Shown: positions 47,890 through 57,072 of the stretch, one piece after another
How the letters are laid out: the number at the start of each line of letters is the position of its first letter
How positions within the stretch are numbered: position 1 is the stretch's first letter
From: Sphingomonadaceae bacterium
Lineage (GTDB): Bacteria > Pseudomonadota > Alphaproteobacteria > Sphingomonadales > Sphingomonadaceae
Assembly: GCA_947473355.1 (NCBI GenBank)
Contig: CANJCQ010000011.1
Coordinates: forward strand, 404 to 64,403
Reading direction: 5' to 3'
Length of the DNA: 64,000 bases
The notes under the pieces: model-generated
The model's database searches: none
The model's input: only the letters and a program-made list of their open reading frames with translations
What the model was told of the DNA's origin: nothing
Program-made: the position numbers and the translations under genes

Positions 47890-48638
47890 GGGTGTTGCTC
47901 GCGCTGCTGGCCTTGCTGCTGCTGGGAGGCGCGCGCGATCCCATTCTGGTGCCCGAGATATCGCAACACGAAGTGCAGGTTCGCCAGGGCTTTACCGGAG
48001 CGGAGCTGTTACTGTTCGGCGCCATTCTCAGCCCGGATGGCACCCGCGCCGGGCAGGATTATGACATTGTGGTCGTGCTCAAGGGGCCCAGTAATCCCGT
48101 CGCGCTGCGCGAGAAGCGCAAGATGGCGGGCATCTGGCTCAATGCCGCAAGCATGGAGCTTCACTCGGTCCCGTCCTATTTCGCCGTGGCATCGACCCGC
48201 CCGATCAGCAAGATCGTCGATAACAAGACTGCCGCGATCTATGAGCTTGGCCTGCCCTGGCTGCAATTGTCGCCGACCGGCGCGATCGATCCCAAGGCGC
48301 AGAGCCACTTTGCGGCGGGACTGGTTGATCTGATGAGCCGCAAGGGGCTCTATCAGCAGAGCCAGGCCGGGGTCACTGTCAAGGAACAGGTGCTTTATCA
48401 GGCACGCATGGTCCTGCCCTCCAGCGTTGTGACCGGGCGATATACCGCCGAGACATTTGCGATCACCCATGGCCGGGTGGTCGCTTCGGCGGTGAGCACA
48501 GTCGAAGTGCGAAAATTGGGCTTCGAAGGCGCTATTGCGCAGTTCGCCCAGTCCTATTCGTTCCTCTACGGCTTGCTGGCGATCGGCATTGCAGTGGTGA
48601 TGGGCTGGCTGGCAGGACGGGTGTTCGCGCTGGTGTGA
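47886..48638 (+). CDS. TIGR02186-family conserved protein
   Basis: GFTGAELLLFGAI, DIVVV.KGP, R.K.K.AGIWLN, C-terminal TM; coupled to TauE as is usual in alphaproteobacteria. Confidence 0.85.
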   Translation: MRVLLALLALLLLGGARDPILVPEISQHEVQVRQGFTGAELLLFGAILSPDGTRAGQDYDIVVVLKGPSNPVALREKRKMAGIWLNAASMELHSVPSYFAVASTRPISKIVDNKTAAIYELGLPWLQLSPTGAIDPKAQSHFAAGLVDLMSRKGLYQQSQAGVTVKEQVLYQARMVLPSSVVTGRYTAETFAITHGRVVASAVSTVEVRKLGFEGAIAQFAQSYSFLYGLLAIGIAVVMGWLAGRVFALV

Positions 48639-48686
48639 CATTGGCTTGGCTGGCTGCATCGACACTGGTTGCAAAGACAGCGGGGT

Positions 48687-48702
48687 TTAGGCTGAAATTA
48701 AC
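48687..48702 (+). promoter_or_regulatory. Possible CtrA box upstream of the HerA-like ATPase
   Basis: TTAG-N7-TTAAC, one mismatch from TTAA-N7-TTAAC. Confidence 0.4.
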
Positions 48703-48755
48703 ATCTCTGGCGTAGCACTGCGGCTCAGATCCTCGGATAAGAGCAGCCTCGGCAC

Positions 48756-50447
48756 ATGTCAGATATGAGCACGCAGAATTTCAATTCGCTGAGGATGGCA
48801 TCCGCCCGAGACCTTGGCGGAAACGAAAATGCGCCTGCCATTGACAGGTCGATGGAGCCGATCGGCATCGTGCTTGAGATTGCCGGTGGGGGCAGCCAGA
48901 TTGCTATCGATCTTCACCGGCTGACCGAATGCGCCAGCAGCACTGACCCTTCGATTGCGCAGGCCGGGCAGGTCGGCAGCCAGGTCAAGATCAAGGTGGG
49001 ACGTGGCTGGCTGCTGGCCACTGTGCGCAACCAGAAGCAGGATGCAGCAACGCCAGGCGGCATTCTGGCCGCCGCAGATTTCCTTGGCGAAGGCGATGAA
49101 GAGCGCCTGACCGGGCGGCTGCACGGATTTCACCGCGGCGTTACCCGTTATCCGATCCCCGGCGCGCTGGTCTATCCGGCGACGACCAGCGACCTGCGCC
49201 AGATCTATGCCAGCGACGGGCGCAACCTTATCCAGATCGGCACGGTCCACCCGACCAACGACATTCGCGCCGGGCTCTATATCGATGCCATGCTCGGCAA
49301 GCACTTCGCCTTGCTCGGCTCGACCGGCACTGGCAAATCGACCAGTGCCGCGCTGATCCTGCATCGTATCTGCGAGACTGCTCCCGAAGGCCATATCATC
49401 ATGGTCGATCCGCACGGCGAATATGCAGCAGCCTTCCGCAATACCGGCCTGATCTTCGACGTTTCCAATCTGCAGATGCCCTATTGGCTGATGAATTTTG
49501 AAGAGCATTGCGAAATCATGCTCACTTCCTCGGGCAACAGCCGCATGGAAGATGAGGATATTCTCGCCAGGTGTCTGTTGATGGCGCGTCAGAAGGGTCG
49601 TCATGTCGAAGGACTCGGCAAGATAACCGTCGATTCGCCGGTGCCCTATCTGCTGTCCGACCTCTCGACGGTCCTCAACAATGAAATGGGCAAGCTCGAC
49701 AAGGCGACGACCACGGCTCCCTTCATGCGGATCAAGTCCAAGCTCGATGAGCTAAAGGGCGATCCGCGCTATCAGTTCATGTTCTCAGGCATGCTGGTCG
49801 GCGATACCCTGGCCGAGTTCATCTCCAAGATTTTCCGCATGCCCGCGCGCGGCAAGCCGATTTCGATCATCGACGTTTCTGGCGTGCCGAGTGAAGTCAC
49901 CTCGACCGTGGTTGCCGTGCTCAGCCGGCTGGTCTTCGATTTCGCTGTCTGGGCGCGTGAGGAGAAGACCCGGCCGATCCTGCTGGTCTGCGAAGAGGCG
50001 CATCGCTATGTGCCCAACGAGAAGAACGCCGATGGCTCGTCGGTCGGCAAGATCCTGTCGCGGATCGCCAAGGAAGGCCGCAAATACGGCGTTTCGCTGG
50101 GCCTGATCACCCAGCGCCCGTCTGATCTGGCCGAAGGTGTGCTGTCGCAATGCGGCACGATCATCGCCATGCGGCTCAACAACGAGCGCGATCAGGCCTT
50201 CGTCAAGGCAGCCATGCCTGAAGGCGCGCGTGGCTTCCTCGATTCGATCCCGGCCTTGCGCAATCGCGAATGCATCATCTGCGGCGAAGGCGTTTCGGTG
50301 CCGATCCGCGCGGTGTTCGATGATCTTGAGGAATTCAAGCGGCCGGCCTCCGAAGACCCGTCTTTCGTCGATCTGTGGAACAGCACCGGCGGCGAAGAAG
50401 AAATGGTCGATCGCACCGTCCAGCGCTGGCGCGCGCACGGCAGGTAA
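48756..50447 (+). CDS. HerA/FtsK-superfamily ATPase (DUF87-type)
   Basis: N-terminal HAS-barrel-like region, Walker A GSTGTGKS, DPHGEY, EEAHRY, AKEGRKYG, TQRPS, LSQC.T. Confidence 0.92.
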   Translation: MSDMSTQNFNSLRMASARDLGGNENAPAIDRSMEPIGIVLEIAGGGSQIAIDLHRLTECASSTDPSIAQAGQVGSQVKIKVGRGWLLATVRNQKQDAATPGGILAAADFLGEGDEERLTGRLHGFHRGVTRYPIPGALVYPATTSDLRQIYASDGRNLIQIGTVHPTNDIRAGLYIDAMLGKHFALLGSTGTGKSTSAALILHRICETAPEGHIIMVDPHGEYAAAFRNTGLIFDVSNLQMPYWLMNFEEHCEIMLTSSGNSRMEDEDILARCLLMARQKGRHVEGLGKITVDSPVPYLLSDLSTVLNNEMGKLDKATTTAPFMRIKSKLDELKGDPRYQFMFSGMLVGDTLAEFISKIFRMPARGKPISIIDVSGVPSEVTSTVVAVLSRLVFDFAVWAREEKTRPILLVCEEAHRYVPNEKNADGSSVGKILSRIAKEGRKYGVSLGLITQRPSDLAEGVLSQCGTIIAMRLNNERDQAFVKAAMPEGARGFLDSIPALRNRECIICGEGVSVPIRAVFDDLEEFKRPASEDPSFVDLWNSTGGEEEMVDRTVQRWRAHGR

Positions 50448-50450
50448 CGC

Positions 50451-51878
50451 TTACTCGGCGAACGCAGGCGCTGCTGACATGCTCTGCCCCTTGCGCCAGC
50501 TGCCGTGCAGGTAATAGGCGATACCCATCAGGGCTGAGGTGCTGCCGCTGGCCATGAACGACCACCAGATCGCATCCGAGCCATAGTGCGGATAGAGCCC
50601 GAAGCCGACGCTCATCCGCACCAGGATGATCGAGAATACCATGATCAAAAACGGTGCCACCACGGCCCCGTTGGCACGCACGATCGAGGTTATCACCATC
50701 GAAATGCCCATCGGCACGAAGGTCCAGCCGATTAGCAGGTTGATATGTTCGCCAATCGGTATGGCCATGCTGCCCAGCGGCAGGAACAGGCCGAGCAGCA
50801 GATGGTCCGCCAGCAGCACCACCAGCACCAGCACCCCGGTCATCACGACATTGGTGATCACCCCTGTGCGCGCAATCATGCCGATCCGGTCCCAGCGGCC
50901 CGCGCCGATATTCTGCGCCGCCATGGCGCTGACCGCGCTGCCCACCGCGAATGCGGGCATCTGGATATAGCCATACATCTGGTTGACCGCATTATAGGCG
51001 GCGGCGGTATCCACCCCTTCACGGTTGATCAGCCCCATCATCACCACGCCCGATAGCGACATCACCACCATCGACAGCCCCATCGGCACGCCGATCACCA
51101 GCACTGGCTTCAGATGCGCCCAATCGGGGATCAGCAGTGCCCATTCCTTGCCGCGCAGCCGGATCGGCAGATCGAGCGCATAGATCCGCCAGAGGATGAA
51201 GACGAGGCAGATCAGATTGGTCACCACACCGGCCCAGGCCGCGCCGGGCAGGCCGAGCTTGGGTATGGGGCCAAGCCCGAGGATGAAGATCGGATTGAGC
51301 AGCACCGAGAAGACCAGATTGAGCACCGTGGTCCAGAACGGCGTTGCCGCATCGCCGATCCCGCGCAAGGCCGATTGCAGCAGCACGGTCATGAACACCA
51401 GCGGCACACCGATGAAGACCACATGCAGAAATGATGCGGCGAAGTGCATCGCTGCAGGAGGCGTCGCCATGGCCCGCAGGATCGGCGGGGCAAGAGAGCC
51501 GCCAAACAAGGCGATCACCAGCCCGATGATCATGAAAGCGCCCGTGGTCGCGCCGATAGTATGGCGCACTTCTGACAGATCGCCGCGCCCCTTGGCCTGG
51601 CCGATCAGGATGGTGGAGGCCATGCTGAGACCGAACACGCTGGAAAAGATCGCGAACATCACGAAAGTGGCAATGCCCGCCGCAGCGAAGGCTTCTTCGC
51701 CGAGAAACTTGCCGACATAGATCGCGCTGATCGAGCCGTTTAGTGATTGCAGCACATTGCCGCCCAGCGTTGGCAAAGTGAACAACAGCAGCGTACGCGC
51801 GACCGGACCTTGCGTCAGGTCACCGCGTGCAGGCCGCGCCGCCATGTCGGCTTCGTCAAAGGGAATGGCTTCGCTCAC
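50451..51878 (-). CDS. MATE-family efflux transporter
   Basis: DLTQGPV.R.L..F.LP, RG.GD..TP, GAAWA, GQA.G and AQN.GAG repeats; about 12 TM. Confidence 0.92.
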   Translation of the reverse strand: MSEAIPFDEADMAARPARGDLTQGPVARTLLLFTLPTLGGNVLQSLNGSISAIYVGKFLGEEAFAAAGIATFVMFAIFSSVFGLSMASTILIGQAKGRGDLSEVRHTIGATTGAFMIIGLVIALFGGSLAPPILRAMATPPAAMHFAASFLHVVFIGVPLVFMTVLLQSALRGIGDAATPFWTTVLNLVFSVLLNPIFILGLGPIPKLGLPGAAWAGVVTNLICLVFILWRIYALDLPIRLRGKEWALLIPDWAHLKPVLVIGVPMGLSMVVMSLSGVVMMGLINREGVDTAAAYNAVNQMYGYIQMPAFAVGSAVSAMAAQNIGAGRWDRIGMIARTGVITNVVMTGVLVLVVLLADHLLLGLFLPLGSMAIPIGEHINLLIGWTFVPMGISMVITSIVRANGAVVAPFLIMVFSIILVRMSVGFGLYPHYGSDAIWWSFMASGSTSALMGIAYYLHGSWRKGQSMSAAPAFAE

Positions 51879-52618
51879 GTGCCCCTCGTGTCGCCATAGA
51901 GGTGGATATGCAAGCGGTCGGAGAGGTTAAATTCATGTTCCGAACAAATTTGTGCCAGCCAGCGGGAGCGCGATTGCAGGGTTTCGCTGTCGCGGCCTTC
52001 GGGCATCAGCCAGATGCGCTGCGATGGAATGGCATGGGCCTGCTGGAGGGATAACACTTCGGTGAGGTCATCAGGGGTGGCGATCACGAATTTGAACATG
52101 GCGCGCGGGTCGGCTGACCAGGCGGCGAGGCGCTCGGGGATCAGGGCCAGCTCTGCGGGGTTGCCGCTGTGCGCCAGCTTGGGGCTGACGTTGTACTGGT
52201 GGATCAGCATATCGAGCGCGCGCGGCGGGGCGACGGTGCCGTTGGTTTCGACCTCGATGTGCCATGACGACTCTGGGGGGGGCAGCAGAGCGATCATGCG
52301 GGCGAGAGCAGGGGCCTGAAGCAGCGGCTCGCCGCCGGTCACGACGAGGCGGCGGGGCCTGAGCGCGGCTATGCGGGCAGCGGCGTCCTCTTCGCTGAGC
52401 GTGACCTGGTTGGCCTTGCGTTCGAAGGTCAAGGCATCGCGGTGGGGGTGGTTGTTGCCTTCGAAACGCCAGGTGTAGGCGGTGTCGCACCAGACACAGG
52501 CGAGGTTGCAGCGCGACAGGCGGATGAAGGTGCTGGGCCGCCCGGCGGAGGGGCCTTCGCCCTGCAGCGAGGCGAACACTTCGGGTTCGCCGGGGGTCTG
52601 GGTGGCGAGGGTCAGCAT
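51875..52618 (-). CDS. queE: 7-carboxy-7-deazaguanine synthase (radical SAM)
   Basis: SLQGEG...G....F.RL..CNLACVWCDT, VTGGEPLLQ, ETNGT, VSPK, RLH..L.G...G. Confidence 0.93.
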   Translation of the reverse strand: MLTLATQTPGEPEVFASLQGEGPSAGRPSTFIRLSRCNLACVWCDTAYTWRFEGNNHPHRDALTFERKANQVTLSEEDAAARIAALRPRRLVVTGGEPLLQAPALARMIALLPPPESSWHIEVETNGTVAPPRALDMLIHQYNVSPKLAHSGNPAELALIPERLAAWSADPRAMFKFVIATPDDLTEVLSLQQAHAIPSQRIWLMPEGRDSETLQSRSRWLAQICSEHEFNLSDRLHIHLYGDTRGT

Positions 52619-52622
52619 CCTG

Positions 52623-52806
52623 CCTCCCTTCCCCCTTGATGGGGGAAGGATACGAAGCCTTGGTGCCGCAGGCGCCTAGGCGCAGTTGGATCGGGGTGAG
52701 CGTGCCGGAAGCGCAGCGTTTTGACGAGAGCACACCCCCACCCAACCTGCGCTAGGCGACAAGTCGCCAAGCTCCGGTATCCCTCTCCCATCGAGGGGGA
52801 GGAAGG
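52623..52806. repeat. Compound palindromic element, family C copy 2 (~184 bp), filling the valS-queE spacer
   Basis: CCTTCCCCCTTGATGGGGGAAGGATACGAAG..CTAGGCGCAGTTGGA..CCAACCTGCGCTAGGCGACAAGTCGCCAAGCT..TATCCCTCTCCCATCGAGGGGGAGG; collinear with the reverse complement of 22730-22888. Confidence 0.9.
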
Positions 52807-52817
52807 AAACGGCCCCA

Positions 52818-55800
52818 TCACCCCAACCGCGCCAAGGCGGCACCCAGCCGCTCGGCCTCCGCTGCATGCATGGCATGATCGGCGCGGGCCTTTTCGACTG
52901 CCTCGGGTTTGGCCTTTTCGACAAACGAAGGATTGTTCAGGCGGCCTTCGAGTGACTTGGCCTCCTTGGTGGAAACCTCCAGCGCCTTGGCGAGGCGGGC
53001 CTTTTCGGCGGCGATATCGACCACGCCTTCCAGCGGCACGATCAGGTTGGCGTCCCCTGCGCCGATTTGCATCGCCGCACCTTGCGGGGCCGAATCGAAA
53101 CGGATCGCCGAGAGCCGGGCCAGCCGGTCGATGGCGCCGGGATTGGCCTCGATGGTGGCGCGCGTCGCAGGGCTGGGATCGGACAGGTAGGCTTCGAGCT
53201 TGGCGCCCGGCGCGATGCCGAGCTCGTTCTTGGCAGTGCGCAGGTTGCCGACCAGCGCGATCAGCCATTCGACCTCGCGCTTGGCTGCGGGATCGACTGC
53301 AGCGCCCGGCTCGGGCCACTTGGCCGTAATCAGCGGATAGTCTGCCCGCTCGCCCAAGGCCCCCCACAGCTCCTCGGTGACGAAGGGCATGAACGGGTGC
53401 AGCATGACCAGGATCTGGTCGAGCACCCAGCCGGCGACTGCCTTGGTCTCTTCATCGAACGAACCCTTGATCAGTTCGATATACCAGTCGCAGAACTGGT
53501 CCCACACGAAGTGATAGATCGTATTGGCCGCTGCATCGAAACGCAGGTCGGCCATGGCCTTGTCGAGCGCCTCGAGCGTTTCGACGACTTCGCCGATGAT
53601 CCACTTGTTGACCGCCAGCGTGGCCGGGGGCGCGGCCAGCGATGAGCTCGCCCCGATCCCGTTCGACTGGCAGAACCTTGCGGCGTTCCACAGCTTGGTG
53701 GCAAAGTTGCGATAGCCTTCGACGCGGGCCTTATCCATCTTCACGTCGCGGCCCTGGCTTTCCATCGAGGCCATGAAGAAGCGCAGCGCGTCGGCGCCGT
53801 ATTCGTCGATTAGCACCAGCGGATCGTCGACATTGCCCTTGCTCTTGGACATCTTCTGACCATCGGCAGCGCGGACCAGGCCGTGCAGGTAGAGCCGTTT
53901 CCAGGGCACCTGGCCCTGATTGAAGTGCATCCCCTGCATCGCCATGCGGGCGCACCAGAAGAACAGGATGTCGAAGCCTGAGATCAGCAGGTCGTTGGGG
54001 TAGTGGCGGCCGAGCAAACCACTTTCAGTGCCCCCCAAACCCGCTCGTGCTGAGCTTGTCGAAGCACCGCTTTGTTCTTTGGGGCTGGGCGTGTGGGGCG
54101 AAGAAAAGGACGGACCTTCGACAAGCTCAGGGCGAGCGGGGTTTTGTTCCTTGGTTTCGTCCGGCCAGCCGAGCGTGGCGAAGGGCCACAGCGCGGAGGA
54201 GAACCAGGTGTCGAGGACGTCCTCGTCTCGCCAAAGGGGGATTTGCTTGTTCTTGAGTAACTTAAGAAATTCGCTCGATGCACTCGGATCATCTTCGAAC
54301 TTAGCGCCGTTCGCATTTCGTCCCTCAATCTCGACAATCCGTTCTGCGGCTGTCTTGTAGTGAACTCGAGCAAGTTCGGTTGCCTGTTCGAATGTTTCGG
54401 CAACAAAGACTGGGTTCTTACCCAAATCGGTCTTCCAACCAGCCAGCCCAAAAACTTCTGGCTGCCGTTCATCCCAAGTGGGCCCATACCAAGCCGGTAT
54501 CCTATGCCCCCACCACAATTGCCTACTCACACACCACGGCTGGATATTCTCCATCCAGTTGAAATATGTCTTCTCCCAGCTCTTGGGGACAATCTCGATC
54601 CGCCCGTCGCGCACGGCTTCGATCGGCGGCTTGGCCAAGGTCGCCGCATCGACATACCACTGGTCGGTCAGCCACGGCTCAATCACCACGCCGCCGCGGT
54701 CGCCATAAGGCGTCTGGATGACGCGGTCCTCAGCGTCCTTTTCGGTGACTTCGCCGTCCTTGGCCGTCACGCTGAAAGTCACCAGCTGGCCCAGCGCCTT
54801 CATCCGCTCGACCACCAGCTCGCGCGCGCCGTCTGTGCCGTCGCGGCGGAAGCGGTGCAGGCCCACGAATTCCGCCGGGATCATGCTGTCCGAGGTCTGG
54901 ACCACATTGGCCTCGGCATCGAACATATTGAGCATTTCGGCGGGTTTGAACCCGGCGCGCTTGCCAACCTCGAAGTCATTGAAATCATGCCCCGGCGTGA
55001 TCTTGACCGCGCCCGAGCCCAGTTCGGGATCGGCGTGTTCGTCGGCGACAATCGGAATACGTCGCCCGGTGATCGGCTGCTCGATAAATTTGCCGATGAC
55101 CGACTGGTAACGCGGGTCTTCCGCGTTCACCGCCACGGCCATATCGGCCAGCATCGTCTCGGGCCGGGTCGTCGCAACCACGATGTGATCCGCGCCGTTC
55201 GCCAGCTTCACGCCGTCCGCCAGCGCATAGCGGAAGTGCCAGAAGTGGCCTTTCACTTCCTGCGTTTCCACCTCAAGATCGCTGATCGCGGTCTTGAGCT
55301 TGGGGTCCCAGTTGACCAGCCGCTTGTCGCGATAGATCAGCCCTTGGTTGTAGAGATCGACGAAAACCTTGACCACTGCCTTGGTGAAATGCGGGTCCAT
55401 GGTGAACTGCTCTCTCGACCAGTCCATCGAGCAACCCAGCCGCCGCAGTTGCTGCGTGATCGTGCCGCCGCTTTCTTTCTTCCATTCCCACACCTTCTCG
55501 ATGAAGGCCTCGCGGGAATAGTTGGTGCGCTTGTCCTGCGCCGCTTCAAGCTGGCGTTCGACCACCATTTGCGTGGCGATGCCGGCGTGATCCGTGCCGA
55601 CCACCCACAGCGCATCCTTGCCGCGCAGGCGCTCATATCGCACGACCACGTCCTGCAAGGTGTTGTCCAGCGCATGGCCGATATGCAGGCTGCCTGTTAC
55701 ATTGGGCGGCGGGTTGACGATAGTGAAGGGCACAGCGTCAGGGCGATCCGGGCGGAACAGCCCGTTCGTTTCCCAGTGCGCATACCACTTCGCCTCGATC

Positions 55801-55841
55801 TGGGCGGGGTCGAATGTCTTGTCTAAAGGCGTTGAACTCAT
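52818..55841 (-). CDS. valS: Valine--tRNA ligase, with two atypical internal segments
   Basis: [59 protein letters not shown]-terminal coiled coil. Confidence 0.98.
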   Translation of the reverse strand: MSSTPLDKTFDPAQIEAKWYAHWETNGLFRPDRPDAVPFTIVNPPPNVTGSLHIGHALDNTLQDVVVRYERLRGKDALWVVGTDHAGIATQMVVERQLEAAQDKRTNYSREAFIEKVWEWKKESGGTITQQLRRLGCSMDWSREQFTMDPHFTKAVVKVFVDLYNQGLIYRDKRLVNWDPKLKTAISDLEVETQEVKGHFWHFRYALADGVKLANGADHIVVATTRPETMLADMAVAVNAEDPRYQSVIGKFIEQPITGRRIPIVADEHADPELGSGAVKITPGHDFNDFEVGKRAGFKPAEMLNMFDAEANVVQTSDSMIPAEFVGLHRFRRDGTDGARELVVERMKALGQLVTFSVTAKDGEVTEKDAEDRVIQTPYGDRGGVVIEPWLTDQWYVDAATLAKPPIEAVRDGRIEIVPKSWEKTYFNWMENIQPWCVSRQLWWGHRIPAWYGPTWDERQPEVFGLAGWKTDLGKNPVFVAETFEQATELARVHYKTAAERIVEIEGRNANGAKFEDDPSASSEFLKLLKNKQIPLWRDEDVLDTWFSSALWPFATLGWPDETKEQNPARPELVEGPSFSSPHTPSPKEQSGASTSSARAGLGGTESGLLGRHYPNDLLISGFDILFFWCARMAMQGMHFNQGQVPWKRLYLHGLVRAADGQKMSKSKGNVDDPLVLIDEYGADALRFFMASMESQGRDVKMDKARVEGYRNFATKLWNAARFCQSNGIGASSSLAAPPATLAVNKWIIGEVVETLEALDKAMADLRFDAAANTIYHFVWDQFCDWYIELIKGSFDEETKAVAGWVLDQILVMLHPFMPFVTEELWGALGERADYPLITAKWPEPGAAVDPAAKREVEWLIALVGNLRTAKNELGIAPGAKLEAYLSDPSPATRATIEANPGAIDRLARLSAIRFDSAPQGAAMQIGAGDANLIVPLEGVVDIAAEKARLAKALEVSTKEAKSLEGRLNNPSFVEKAKPEAVEKARADHAMHAAEAERLGAALARLG
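54037..54143. repeat. PELVEG-type palindromic doublet inserted in frame within valS
   Basis: AAACCCGCTCGTGCTGAGCTTGTCGAAG (54037-54064) inverted with CTTCGACAAGCTCAGGGCGAGCGGGTTT (54116-54143), 2 mismatches in 28. Confidence 0.88.
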
Positions 55842-55959
55842 GGGGCGGCGCTTTGCCAGTGGTGCGGCGGACGCGCAACCCATCCCGGTCCCCCACCTGT
55901 CTGCAGCTTAGGAGTTACCCTTGCCGAGGCGCTCATTTTCCCGCATCACTCCCCCCGCA

Positions 55960-57072
55960 ATGCGCGAATGGGCAGACTTCACTTTCGAGAACGGGGACAA
56001 GGGGGCAACGGTGGTTGCCCTGACAGGCCCCTTGCGCATCTCGACGATCGGCGATCTCGATCGCCGGCTTGAGGCTCTCGAAGACAAGGTCGACCGGCTC
56101 GATCTCAGCCAGGCCACCGATATCGACACTGCAGGGGCCTGGATCGCCTGGCGGTTTTCCCGCGACTGGCAGGCCGAGCTGACCGGTGCCAGCGACAAGG
56201 CGCAGCGGTTGATCGCTGCGGTCAGCCAGGCGCGCGGCGACGACGAGGCGGAGGCTGAGCACGAGGGACCGCTGGTGATAACCAGCGGTTGGCTGGGCAA
56301 GAACATCCTGGGCGCCTGGCATGGGGCATACAAGATAATCGGCTTCCTGGGCGAAGTGATGATCGCGCTCGGCAGCTTGCTGGTTCATCCCGGCCGGTTT
56401 CGCGCCAAGGCGATGGTCCACCAGATGGAGCTGGTCGGGGTGAACTCGCTCGGGATCATCGGATTGATGAGCTTTCTGGTTGGCATTGTCATCGCCCAGC
56501 AGGGCGCGGTGCAGCTGCGCGAATTCGGCGCGGAGATGCTGACCATCAATCTCACTGGCCGGATTTCGCTGCGTGAGCTGGGGATCCTGATGACTGCGAT
56601 CATGGTCGCGGGCCGCTCGGGTTCGGCCTTCGCGGCGCAGATCGGCACGATGAAACTGACCGAAGAAATCGACGCCATGCGCACCATCGGGGTCTCCCCG
56701 ATGGAAGCGCTGGTGGTTCCCCGCGTGCTGGCGGCAATGCTGATGATGCCGCTGTTGGGGTTTTTCGCATCACTCTGCGCGATCATCGGCGGCGCGGTGA
56801 TCTCGGCCTTCCAGATCGGCATTCCCTTCTTTATTTTCCTCACCCGCATCCAGGAAGTGGTGCCGCTGCACGATTTCTGGGTCGGCATCATCAAGGCGCC
56901 GGTGTTCGGTCTGATCATCGCAGTCTCCGGCTGCTATAATGGCATGCAGGTCAAATCGAATTCCGAGGAAGTGGGCCTGCGCACGACCATGGCCGTGGTG
57001 GCGGGAATATTCATGGTCATAGTGCTCGACGCCTTCTTTGCAGTGTTCTTCAGCGAAGTGGGGCTGGGATGA
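55960..57072 (+). CDS. mlaE: MlaE-family ABC permease with N-terminal STAS-like domain
   Basis: LRELG...TAI..AGRSGSAFAA.IGTMK..EEIDA....G..P. Confidence 0.92.
   Translation: MREWADFTFENGDKGATVVALTGPLRISTIGDLDRRLEALEDKVDRLDLSQATDIDTAGAWIAWRFSRDWQAELTGASDKAQRLIAAVSQARGDDEAEAEHEGPLVITSGWLGKNILGAWHGAYKIIGFLGEVMIALGSLLVHPGRFRAKAMVHQMELVGVNSLGIIGLMSFLVGIVIAQQGAVQLREFGAEMLTINLTGRISLRELGILMTAIMVAGRSGSAFAAQIGTMKLTEEIDAMRTIGVSPMEALVVPRVLAAMLMMPLLGFFASLCAIIGGAVISAFQIGIPFFIFLTRIQEVVPLHDFWVGIIKAPVFGLIIAVSGCYNGMQVKSNSEEVGLRTTMAVVAGIFMVIVLDAFFAVFFSEVGLG

Noticed and set aside
48756-50447. HerA as part of an anti-phage system (Sir2-HerA, nuclease-HerA)
   Set aside because: No adjacent Sir2, NurA or nuclease gene. 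Host-like GC and codon usage and the TauE/TIGR02186 neighbourhood suggest a housekeeping locus.
51875-52806. queE as part of a 7-deazaguanine DNA-modification (dpd) island, or preceded by a preQ1 riboswitch
   Set aside because: No dpdA, folE, queC or queD nearby. The upstream hairpins match the family C repeat at 22730 rather than a preQ1 aptamer.
54001-54575. Intein or self-splicing intron in valS
   Set aside because: The inserts are short, lack Cys/Ser starts, His-Asn ends and homing-endonuclease motifs, and the frame is continuous.
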